From: Bugula neritina
Lineage: Eukaryota > Animalia > Bryozoa
Direction of reading: 5' to 3'
Assembly: GCA_964035545.1 (NCBI GenBank)
Contig: OZ037767.1
Span: 12,447,801-12,511,800, forward strand
DNA length: 64,000 nucleotides
The notes beneath the pieces were generated by a model. That model had not been told where the DNA came from. It did not search any database and saw only the letters and a program-made list of their open reading frames with translations. The translations under genes were made by a program, and so were the position numbers. Each line of letters opens with the position of its first letter. Position 1 is the stretch's first letter. This document shows, in pieces, positions 51,600-64,000 of this stretch.

Positions 51600-54500
51600 T
51601 CAACACTGGGTTTAGGTGATGGAAGAATCCAAAGACAAGTTTGGTACTACGCTAGACAATAGGCTGCAGGCACCGGAAAATGTGAACATGTGTGCATTTA
51701 ACAGATGAAGCTAAAACATGTATACATCTTATATTTAGTGAAAATTGAATATGCATCACTTTTCTATGTGAGAACATTGCTGGATAGTGAAAATAACTAG
51801 AAATGTAGAAGTTCGGGAGTTGTCTCTCCTGTGTTTTTGTTTTGTCTTCTTGACTTGTCAGGCTGCAGATATTTGAAAAATCACAACTGCAAATACATCT
51901 GTTAGTGTAGCAGAATTATTAAACCAATCAACCTTTGTGATCTGAGGAACGAAAGACGGATACTGCAACTTACACACCTATCTATTATGCGTTTCAAGAT
52001 ATACATTGTTTTGTCGATTCTTCTAGCAACCAATATTCAGTGCATAGCTCATTTTCTACGCTTTATATCCACTTATTTTACATTTTCCCAATCAACTAAA
52101 CACAGGTAATCAGAGTTGCTAATTGGTTGCATGGTATTCAGGCAGTCGCACTTCTTGTCACTCAATCGTTGACGGTTGATGCTTAAAGGAAGCTTAAGGT
52201 CCTTACAGTATACATACTGGAGGTACTGTGCTTTGAACTCAATAACAAAAAAAGAGAATATATGACTTGCAAAACTAACGAATTACATTGTGATGACTTT
52301 TGACCTTATTGACAGTGTGCCTCAGTAATGTCTGTTCAGTGCAAACTATGGACAACAAAGTTGTCTGGCAATAATGAGACAAACAATTCCTCAAACCCTT
52401 TTCATTAAAGTTTTGTGATGAAAGAGTAATCAGACCCTGTAATGGCTATACAACTGGAGGGAAGGAATATACTCATTTTTCAATAGCAACAAAGCATGTT
52501 CAGAACTAGTAAACAGAAACACACTCATGACACATTAAACAATCTGTAACAAGTCTTGCTCATTATAACAGACAAATGTTATAACATACTCCTTTCGTTT
52601 AGGAGATATATCAACTACTACTCCTACAAAAACAATAAAGAGGTAAAAGACAGCACTGCTCAGTTTGATTTCATTTCATTCAATTCATTGTATCGCTATC
52701 AATGGGCTGCACTTTTGGTCACACCCGGCTAACTGCTCTTGGAAAATTATTCATTTCGCCAATTTTGACATTATGTGAACTCACTGTTAGTTTTTAACTT
52801 TGAATCAAAAAATGATAAAGTAATTGTAAATCAGTTTACAGTTGTCAAAGCGGCTGATCCTTAATTTCAACACTGGGTTTAGGTGATGGAAGAATCCAAA
52901 GACAAGTTTGGTACTACGCTAGACAATAGGCTGCAGGCACCGGAAATGTGAACATGTGTGCATTTAACAGATGAAGCTAAAACATGTATATACATCTTAT
53001 ATTTAGTGAAAATTGAATATGCATCACTTTTCCATGTGAGAACATTGCTGGATAGTGAAATAAAAACTAGAAATGTAGAAAATCGGGAGTTGTCTCTCCT
53101 GAGACTTTGTTTTGTCTTCTTGACTTGTCACGCTGCAGATATTTGAAAAATCACAACTGCAAATACATTTGTTGGTGTAGCAAAATTATTAGACCCATCA
53201 ACCTTTGCGATCTGAGGAACGAAAGATGGATACTGCAACTTACACACCTTTCTATTATGCGTTTCAAGATATACATTGTTTTGTCGATTCTTCTAGCAAC
53301 CAATATTCAGTGCATAGCTCATTTTCTACGCTTTATATCCACTTATTTTACATTTTCTCAATCAACTAAACACAGGTAAGCAGAGTGGCTAACTGGTTGC
53401 ATGGTATTCAGGCAGTCGCACTTCTTGTCACTCAATCGTTGACGGTTGATGCTTAAATAAAGCTTAAGGTCCTTACAGTATACATACTGGAGGTACTGTG
53501 CTTTGAACTCAATAACAAAAAAAGAGAATATATGACTTGCAAAACTAACGAATTACATTGTGATGACTTCTGACCTTATTGACAGTGTGCCTCAGTAATG
53601 TCTGTTCAGTGCAAACTATGGACAGCAAAGTTGTCTGGCAATAATGAGACAAACAATTCCTCAAACCCTTTTCATTAAAGTTTTGTGATGAAAGAGTAAT
53701 CAGACCCTGTAATGGCTATACAACTGGAGGGAAGGAATATACTCATTTTTCAATAGCAACAAAGCATGTTCAGAACTAGTAAACAGAAACACACTCATGA
53801 CACATTAAACAATCTGTAACAAGTCTTGCTCATTATAACAGACAAATGTTATAACATACTCCTTTCGTTTAGGAGATATATCAACTACTACTCCTACAAA
53901 AACAATAAAGAGGTAAAAGACAGCACTGCTCAGTTTGATTTCATTTCATTGAATTCATTGTATCGCTATCAATGGGCTGCACTTTGGGTCACACCCGGCT
54001 AACTGCTCTTGGAAAATTATTCATTTCGCCAATTGTGACATTATGTGAACTCACTGTTAGTTTTTAACTTTGAATCAAAAAATGATAAAGTAGTTGTAAA
54101 TCTGTTTACAGTCGTCAAAGCGGCTGATCCTTAATTTCAACACTGGGTTTAGGTGATGGAAGAATCCAAAGACAAGTTTGGTACTACGCTAGACAATAGG
54201 CTGCAGGCACCGGAAAATGTGAACATGTGTGCATTTAACAGATGAAGCTAAAACATGTATATACATCTTATATTTAGTGAAAATTGAATATGCATCACTT
54301 TTCTATGTGAGAACATTGCTGGATAGTGAAAATAACTAGAAATGTAGAAGTTCGGGAGTTGTCTCTCCTGTGTTTTTGTTTTGTCTTCTTGACTTGTCAG
54401 GCTGCAGATATTTGAAAAATCACAACTGCAAATACATCTGTTAGTGTAGCAGAATTATTAAACCAATCAACCTTTGTGATCTGAGGAACGAAAGACGGAT

Positions 54501-57500
54501 ACTGCAACTTACACACCTTTCTATTATGCGTTTCAAGATATACATTGTTTTGTCGATTCTTCTGGCAACCAATATTAAGTGCATTGCTCAATTTCCACGC
54601 TTTATATCCACTTATTTTACATTTTCTCAATCAACTAAACACAGGTAATCAGAGTTGCTAATTGGTTGCATGGTATTCAGGCAGTCGCACTTCTTGTCAC
54701 TCAATCGTTGACGGTTGATGCTTAAAGAAAGCTTAAGGTCCCTACAGTATACATACTGGAGGTACTGTGCTTTGAACTCAATAACAAAAAAAGAGAATAT
54801 ATGACTTGCAAAACTAACGAATTACATTGTGATGACTCCTGACCCTATTGACAGTGTGCTTCAGTAATGTCTGTTCAGTGCAAACTGTGGACAGCAAAGT
54901 TGTCTGGCAATAATGAGACAAACAATTCTGCAAACCCTTTTCATTAAAGTTTTGTGATGTTAGAGTAATCAGACCCTGTAATGGCTTTACAACTGGAGGG
55001 AAAGAATATACTCGTTTTTCAATTGCAACAAAGCATGTTCAGAACTAGTAAACCACAACACACTCATGAAACATTAAACAATCTGTAACGAGTCTTGCTC
55101 ATTATAACAGACAAATGTTATAACATACTCCTTTCGTTTAGGAGATATATCATCTACTACTCCTACAAAAACAATAAAGAGGTAAAAGACGGCACTGCTC
55201 AGTTTGATTTCATTTCATTCAATTCATTGTAACGCTATCAATGGGCTGCACTTTTGGTCACACCCGGCTAACTGCTCTTGGAAAATTATTCATTTCGCCA
55301 ATTGTGACATTATGTGAACTCACTGTTAGTTTTTAACTTTGAATCAAAAATTGATAAAGTAATTGTAAATCTGTTTACAGTCGTCAAAGCGGCTGATCCT
55401 TAATTTCAACACTGGGTTTAGGTGATGGAAGAATCCAAAGACAAGTTTGGTACTACGCTAGACAATAGGCTGCAGGCACCGGAAAATGTGAACATGTGTG
55501 CATTTAACAGATGAAGCTAAAACATGTATACATCTTATATTTAGTGAAAATTGAATATGCATCACTTTTCTATGTGAGAACATTGCTGGATAGTGAAAAT
55601 AACTAGAAATGTAGAAGTTCGGGAGTTGTCTCTCCTGTGTTTTTGTTTTGTCTTCTTGACTTGTCAGGCTGCAGATATTTGAAAAATCACAACTGCAAAT
55701 ACATCTGTTAGTGTAGCAGAATTATTAAACCAATCAACCTTTGTGATCTGAGGAACGAAAGACGGATACTGCAACTTACACACCTATCTATTATGCGTTT
55801 CAAGATATACATTGTTTTGTCGATTCTTCTAGCAACCAATATTCAGTGCATAGCTCATTTTCTACGCTTTATATCCACTTATTTTACATTTTCTCAATCA
55901 ACTAAACACAGGTAATCAGAGTTGCTAATTGGTTGCATGGTATTCAGGCAGTCGCACTTCTTGTCACTCAATCGTTGACGGTTGATGCTTAAAGGAAGCT
56001 TAAGGTCCTTACAGTATACATACTGGAGGTACTGTGCTTTGAACTCAATAACAAAAAAAGAGAATATATGACTTGCAAAACTAACGAATTACATTGTGAT
56101 GACTTTTGACCTTATTGACAGTGTGCCTCAGTAATGTCTGTTCAGTGCAAACTATGGACAACAAAGTTGTCTGGCAATAATGAGACAAACAATTCCTCAA
56201 ACCCTTTTCATTAAAGTTTTGTGATGAAAGAGTAATCAGACCCTGTAATGGCTATACAACTGGAGGGAAGGAATATACTCATTTTTCAATAGCAACAAAG
56301 CATGTTCAGAACTAGTAAACAGAAACACACTCATGACACATTAAACAATCTGTAACAAGTCTTGCTCATTATAACAGACAAATGTTATAACATACTCCTT
56401 TCGTTTAGGAGATATATCAACTACTACTCCTACAAAAACAATAAAGAGGTAAAAGACAGCACTGCTCAGTTTGATTTCATTTCATTCAATTCATTGTATC
56501 GCTATCAATGGGCTGCACTTTTGGTCACACCCGGCTAACTGCTCTTGGAAAATTATTCATTTCGCCAATTTTGACATTATGTGAACTCACTGTTAGTTTT
56601 TAACTTTGAATCAAAAAATGATAAAGTAATTGTAAATCAGTTTACAGTTGTCAAAGCGGCTGATCCTTAATTTCAACACTGGGTTTAGGTGATGGAAGAA
56701 TCCAAAGACAAGTTTGGTACTACGCTAGACAATAGGCTGCAGGCACCGGAAATGTGAACATGTGTGCATTTAACAGATGAAGCTAAAACATGTATATACA
56801 TCTTATATTTAGTGAAAATTGAATATGCATCACTTTTCCATGTGAGAACATTGCTGGATAGTGAAATAAAAACTAGAAATGTAGAAAATCGGGAGTTGTC
56901 TCTCCTGAGACTTTGTTTTGTCTTCTTGACTTGTCACGCTGCAGATATTTGAAAAATCACAACTGCAAATACATTTGTTGGTGTAGCAAAATTATTAGAC
57001 CCATCAACCTTTGCGATCTGAGGAACGAAAGATGGATACTGCAACTTACACACCTTTCTATTATGCGTTTCAAGATATACATTGTTTTGTCGATTCTTCT
57101 AGCAACCAATATTCAGTGCATAGCTCATTTTCTACGCTTTATATCCACTTATTTTACATTTTCTCAATCAACTAAACACAGGTAAGCAGAGTGGCTAACT
57201 GGTTGCATGGTATTCAGGCAGTCGCACTTCTTGTCACTCAATCGTTGACGGTTGATGCTTAAATAAAGCTTAAGGTCCTTACAGTATACATACTGGAGGT
57301 ACTGTGCTTTGAACTCAATAACAAAAAAAGAGAATATATGACTTGCAAAACTAACGAATTACATTGTGATGACTTCTGACCTTATTGACAGTGTGCCTCA
57401 GTAATGTCTGTTCAGTGCAAACTATGGACAGCAAAGTTGTCTGGCAATAATGAGACAAACAATTCCTCAAACCCTTTTCATTAAAGTTTTGTGATGAAAG

Positions 57501-59250
57501 AGTAATCAGACCCTGTAATGGCTATACAACTGGAGGGAAGGAATATACTCATTTTTCAATAGCAACAAAGCATGTTCAGAACTAGTAAACAGAAACACAC
57601 TCATGACACATTAAACAATCTGTAACAAGTCTTGCTCATTATAACAGACAAATGTTATAACATACTCCTTTCGTTTAGGAGATATATCAACTACTACTCC
57701 TACAAAAACAATAAAGAGGTAAAAGACAGCACTGCTCAGTTTGATTTCATTTCATTGAATTCATTGTATCGCTATCAATGGGCTGCACTTTGGGTCACAC
57801 CCGGCTAACTGCTCTTGGAAAATTATTCATTTCGCCAATTGTGACATTATGTGAACTCACTGTTAGTTTTTAACTTTGAATCAAAAAATGATAAAGTAGT
57901 TGTAAATCTGTTTACAGTCGTCAAAGCGGCTGATCCTTAATTTCAACACTGGGTTTAGGTGATGGAAGAATCCAAAGACAAGTTTGGTACTACGCTAGAC
58001 AATAGGCTGCAGGCACCGGAAAATGTGAACATGTGTGCATTTAACAGATGAAGCTAAAACATGTATATACATCTTATATTTAGTGAAAATTGAATATGCA
58101 TCACTTTTCTATGTGAGAACATTGCTGGATAGTGAAAATAACTAGAAATGTAGAAGTTCGGGAGTTGTCTCTCCTGTGTTTTTGTTTTGTCTTCTTGACT
58201 TGTCAGGCTGCAGATATTTAAAAAATCACAACTGCAAATACATCTGTTAGTGTAGCAGAATTATTAAACCAATCAACCTTTGTGATCTGAGGAACGAAAG
58301 ACGGATACTGCAACTTACACACCTTTCTATTATGCGTTTCAAGATATACATTGTTTTGTCGATTCTTCTGGCAACCAATATTAAGTGCATTGCTCAATTT
58401 CCACGCTTTATATCCACTTATTTTACATTTTCTCAATCAACTAAACACAGGTAATCAGAGTTGCTAATTGGTTGCATGGTATTCAGGCAGTCGCACTTCT
58501 TGTCACTCAATCGTTGACGGTTGATGCTTAAAGAAAGCTTAAGGTCCCTACAGTATACATACTGGAGGTACTGTGCTTTGAACTCAATAACAAAAAAAGA
58601 GAATATATGACTTGCAAAACTAACGAATTACATTGTGATGACTCCTGACCCTATTGACAGTGTGCTTCAGTAATGTCTGTTCAGTGCAAACTGTGGACAG
58701 CAAAGTTGTCTGGCAATAATGAGACAAACAATTCTGCAAACCCTTTTCATTAAAGTTTTGTGATGTTAGAGTAATCAGACCCTGTAATGGCTTTACAACT
58801 GGAGGGAAAGAATATACTCGTTTTTCAATTGCAACAAAGCATGTTCAGAACTAGTAAACCACAACACACTCATGAAACATTAAACAATCTGTAACGAGTC
58901 TTGCTCATTATAACAGACAAATGTTATAACATACTCCTTTCGTTTAGGAGATATATCATCTACTACTCCTACAAAAACAATAAAGAGGTAAAAGACGGCA
59001 CTGCTCAGTTTGATTTCATTTCATTCAATTCATTGTAACGCTATCAATGGGCTGCACTTTTGGTCACACCCGGCTAACTGCTCTTGGAAAATTATTCATT
59101 TCGCCAATTGTGACATTATGTGAACTCACTGTTAGTTTTTAACTTTGAATCAAAAATTGATAAAGTAATTGTAAATCTGTTTACAGTCGTCAAAGCGGCT
59201 GATCCTTAATTTCAACACTGGGTTTAGGTGATGGAAGAATCCAAAGACAA
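51600..59250. repeat. Trimeric duplication, period 3806 bp
   Basis: ORFs at 52958/56764 and 53107/56913. Shared private variants: GAAATAAAAACTAG, AGTGGCTAAC, CTTAAATAAAG, AAAGTAGTTG, GTAAACCACAAC. Boundaries are approximate. Confidence 0.85.
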
Positions 59251-62200
59251 GTTTGGTACTACGCTAGACAATAGGCTGCAGGCACCGGAAAATGTGAACA
59301 TGTGTGCATTTAACAGAGGAAGCTAAAACATGTATATACATCTTATATTTAGTGAAAATTGAATATGCATCACTTTTCCATGTGAGAACATTGCTGGATA
59401 GTGAAAATAACTAGAAATGTAGAAATTCGGGAGTTGCCTCTCCTGAGACTTTGTTTTGTCTTCTTGACTTGTCACGCTGCAGATATTTGAAAAATCACAA
59501 CTGCATATACATTTGTTGGTGTAGCAAAATTATTAAACCCATCAACCTTTGTGATCTGAGGAATGAAAGATGGATACTGCAACTTACACACCTTTCTACT
59601 ATGAATTTAGAGATATACATTGTTTTGTCGATTCTTCTGGCAACCAATATTAAGTGCATTGCTCAATTTCCACGCTTTATATCCACTTATTTTACATTTT
59701 CTCAATTAACTAAACACAGGTAATCAGAGTTGCTAATTGGTTGCATGGTATTCAGGCAGTCGCACTTCTTGTCACTCAATCGTTAACGGTTGATGCTTAA
59801 AGAAAGCTTAAGGTCCTTACAGTATACATACTGGAGGTACTGTGCTTTGAACTCCATAACAAAAAAAGAGAATATATGACTTGCAAAACTAACGAATTAC
59901 ATTGTGATGACTTCTGACCTTATTGACAGTGTGCCTCAGTAATGTCTGTTCAGTGCAAACTATGGACAGCAAAGTTGTCTGGCAATAATGAGACAAACAA
60001 TTCCTCAAACCCTTTTCATAAAAGTTTTGTGATGAAAGAGTAATCAGACCCTGTAATGGCTATACAACTGGAGGGAAGGAATATACTCATTTTTCAATAG
60101 CAACAAAGCATGTTCAGAACTAGTAAACAGCAACACACTCATGACACATTAAACAATCTGTAACAAGTCTTGCTCATTATAACAGACAAATGTTATAACA
60201 TACTCCTTTCGTTTAGGAGATATATCAACTACTACTCCTACAAAAACAATAAAGAGGTAAAAGACGGCACTGCTCAGTTTGATTTCATATCATTCAATTC
60301 ATTGTAACGCTATCAATGGGCTGCACTTTTGGTCACACCCGGCTAACTGCTCTTGGAAAATTATTCATTTCGCCAATTGTGACATTATGTGAACTCACTG
60401 TTAGTTTTTAACTTTGAATCAAAAAATGATAAAGTAATTGTAAATCTGTTTACAGTCGTCAAAGCGGCTGATCCTTAATTTCAACACTGGGTTTAGGTGA
60501 TGGAAGAATCCAAAGACAAGTTTGGTACTACGCTAGACAATAGGCTGCAGGCACCGGAAAATGTGAACATGTGTGCATTTAACAGATGAAGCTAAAACAT
60601 GTATATACATCTTATATTTAGTGAAAATTGAATATGCATCACTTTTCCATGTGAGAACATTGCTGGATAGTGAAAATAACTAGAAATGTAGAAATTCGGG
60701 AGTTGTCTCTCCTGAGACTTTGTTTTGTCTTCTTGACTTGTCAGGCTGCAGATATTTGAAAAATCACAACTGCAAATACATCTGTTAGTGTAGCAGAATT
60801 ATTAAACCAATCAACCTTTGTGATCTGAGGAACGAAAGACGGATACTGCAACTTACACACCTTTCTATTATGCGTTTCAAGATATACATTGTTTTGTCGA
60901 TTCTTCTAGCAACCAATATTCAGTGCATAGCTCATTTTCTACGCTTTATATCCACTTATTTTACATTTTCTCAACCAACTAAACACAGGTAATCAGAGTT
61001 GCTAATTGGTTGCATGGTATTCAGGCAGTCGCACTTCTTGTCACTCAATCGTTGACGGTTGATGCTTAAAGAAAGCTTAAGGTCCTTACAGTATACATAC
61101 TGGAGGTACTGTGCTTTGAACTCAATAACAAAAAAAGAGAATATATGACTTGCAAAACTAACGAATTACATTGTGATGACTTCTGACCTTATTGACAGTG
61201 TGCCTCAGTAATGTCTGTTCAGTGCAAACTATGGACAGCAAAGTTGTCTGGCAATAATAAGACAAACAATTCCTCAAACCCTTTTCATTAAAGTTTTGTG
61301 ATGAAAGAGTAATCAGACCCTGTAATGGCTATACAACTGGAGGGAAGGAATATACTCATTTTTCAATAGCAACAAAGCATGTTCAGAACTAGTAAACAGA
61401 AACACACTCATGACACATTAAACAATCTGTAACAAGTCTTGCTCATTATAACAGACAAATGTTATAACATACTCCTTTCGTTTAGGAGATATATCAACTA
61501 CTACTCCTACAAAAACAATAAAGAGGTAAAAGGCAGCACTGCTCAGTTTGATTTCATTTCATTCAATTCATTGTATCGCTATCAATGGGCTGCACTTTTG
61601 GTCACACCCGGCTAACTGCTCTTGGAAAATTATTCATTTCGCCAATTTTGACATTATGTTAACTCACTGTTAGTTTTTAACTTTGAATCAAAAAATGATA
61701 AAGTAATTGTAAATCTGTTTACAGTCGTCAAAGCGGCTGATCCTTAATTTCAACACTGGGTTTAGGTGATGGAAGAATCCAAAGACAAGTTTGGTACTAC
61801 GCTAGACAATAGGCTGCAGGCACCGGAAAATGTGAACATGTGTGCATTTAACAGATGAAGCTAAAACATGTATATACATCTTATATTTAGTGAAAATTGA
61901 ATATGCATCACTTTTCCATGTGAGAACATTGCTGGATAGTGAAAATAACTAGAAATGTAGAAATTCGGGAGTTGTCTCTCCTGAGACTTTGTTTTGTCTT
62001 CTTGACTTGTCACGCTGCAGATATTTGAAAAATCACAACTGCAAATACATTTGTTGGTGTAGCAAAATTATTAGACCCACCAACCTTTGCGATCTGAGGA
62101 ACGAAAGATGGATACTGCAACTTACACACCTTTCTATTATGAATTTAGAGATATACATTGTTTTGTCGATTCTTCTGGCAACCAATATTAAGTGCATTGC

Positions 62201-64000
62201 TCAATTTCCACGCTTTATATCCACTTATTTTACATTTTCTCAATTAACTAAACACAGGTAATCAGAGTTGCTAATTGGTTGCATGGTATTCAGGCAGTCG
62301 CACTTCTTGTCACTCAATCGTTGACGGTTGATGCTTAAAGAAAGCCTAAGGTCCTTACAGTATACATACTGGAGGTACTGTGCTTTGAACTCAATAACAA
62401 AAAAAGAGAATATATGACTTGCAAAACTAACGAATTACATTGTGATGACTTCTGACCTTATTGACAGTGTGCCTCAGTAATGTCTGTTCAGTGCAAACTA
62501 TGGACAGCAAAGTTGTCTGGCAATAATGAGACAAACAATTCCTCAAACCCTTTTCGTTAAAGTTTTGTGATGAAAGAGTAATCAGACCCTGTAATGGCTA
62601 TACAACTAGAGGGAAGGAATATACTCATTTTTCAATAGCAACAAAGCATGTTCAGAACTAGTAAATAGCAACACACTCATGAAACATTAAACAATCTGTA
62701 ACAAGTATTGCTCATTATAACAGACAAATGTTATAACATACTCCTTTCGTTTAGGAGATATATCAACTACTACTCCTACAAAAACAATAAAGAGGTCAAA
62801 GACAGCACTGCTCAGTTTGGTTTCATTTCATTAAATTCATTGTAACGCTATCAACGGGCTGCACTTTTGGTCACACCCGGCTAACTGCTCTTGGAAAATT
62901 ATTCATTTCGCCAATTGTGACATTATGTAAACTCACTGTTAGTTTTTAACTTTGAATCAAAAAATGATAAAGTAATTGTAAATCTGTTTACAGTCGTCAA
63001 AGCGGCTGATCCCTGATTTCAACACTGGGTTTAGGTGATGGAAGAATCCAAAGACAAGTTTGGTACTACGCTAGACAATAGGCTGCAGGCACCGGAAAAT
63101 GTGAACATGTGTGCATTTAACAGATGAAGCTAAAACATGTATATACATCTTATATTTAGTGAAAATTGAATATGCATCACTTTTCCATGTGAGAACATTG
63201 CTGGATAGTGAAAATAACTAGAAATGTAGAAAATCGGGAGTTGTCTCTCCTGAGACTTTGTTTTGTCTTCTTGACTTGTCACGCTGCAGATATTTGAAAA
63301 ATCACAACTGCAAATACATCTGTTAGTGTAGCAGAATTATTAAACCCATCAACCTTTGCGATCTGAGGAACGAAAGATGGATACTGCAACTTACACACCT
63401 TTCTATTATGCCTTTCAAGATATACATTGTTTTGTCGATTCTTCTGGCAACCAATATTAAGTGCATTGCTCAATTTCCATGCTTTATATCCACTTATTTT
63501 ACATTTTTTCTCAATCAACTAAACACAGGTAAGCAGAGTTGCTAACTGGTTGCATGGTGTTCAGGCAGTCGCACTTCTTGTCACTCAATCGTTGACGATT
63601 GATGCTTGAAGAAGGCCTATGGTCCTTACAGTATACATACTGGAGGTACTGTGCTTTGAACTCAATAACTAAAAAGAGGATATATGACTTGCAAAACTAT
63701 CGAATCACATTGTGATGACTCCAGACCCTATTGACAGTGTGCCTCAGTAATGTCTGTCCAGTGCAAACTATGGACAGCAAAGTTGTCTGGTAATAATGAG
63801 ACAAAAAATTCTGCAAACCCTTTTCATTAAAGTTTTGTGATGAAAGAATAATCAGACCCTGTAATTGCTATACAACTGGAGGGAAGGAATATACTCATTT
63901 TTCAATAGCAACAAAGCATGTTCAGAACTAGTAAACAGCAACACACTCATGAAACATTAAACAATCTGTAACAAGTCTTGCTCATTATAACAGACAAATG

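Larger units (their letters stand above)
1..64000. repeat. Tandem array (macrosatellite) of a ~1267-bp monomer, ~49-50 head-to-tail copies, extending beyond both window edges
   Basis: The same sequence recurs with a period of ~1266-1272 bp (one 1255-bp unit). The anchor GTGAAAATAACT is at 1225, 2492, 3759, 5014, 6281, 7548 ... 63208, and the ORF track repeats with the same period. All copies are in the same orientation. The only interruption is 15797-16945. Confidence 0.99.

Noticed and set aside
1-64000. CRISPR array or prokaryotic repeat system
   Set aside because: No short repeats with unique spacers and no cas or other genes; the entire kilobase unit is repeated.
1-64000. Pure assembly artefact (one unit duplicated in silico)
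   Set aside because: Units carry structured, linked, position-dependent variants and a unique TSD-flanked insertion. Exact copy number in the near-identical blocks still needs read support.

Overview
The whole 64 kb window is one AT-rich, head-to-tail tandem array (macrosatellite) of a ~1267-bp monomer, about 49-50 copies, open at both window edges. It is almost certainly eukaryotic. The only interruption is a 1141-bp non-autonomous DNA transposon at 15797-16937 (12-bp TIRs CAGGGTTGGGGT, 8-bp TSD ATCCAGAC, hAT-like), which itself carries an older ~625-bp inverted-repeat element. I find no credible protein-coding gene: every ORF in the track is a short frame repeated once per monomer and broken by stops or frameshifts in many copies. 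Diagnostic variants show dimer and trimer higher-order repeats, a 10-unit-offset duplication, mosaic monomers and a left-to-right shift in monomer type. The most interesting open question is whether each monomer encodes a small RNA. Positions ~243-351 of each unit have an AT-rich segment ending CAG|GTAAG, then stem-loops and a pyrimidine tract, loosely like a spliced-leader RNA gene. This is a hypothesis only, because the Sm-like site is non-canonical.
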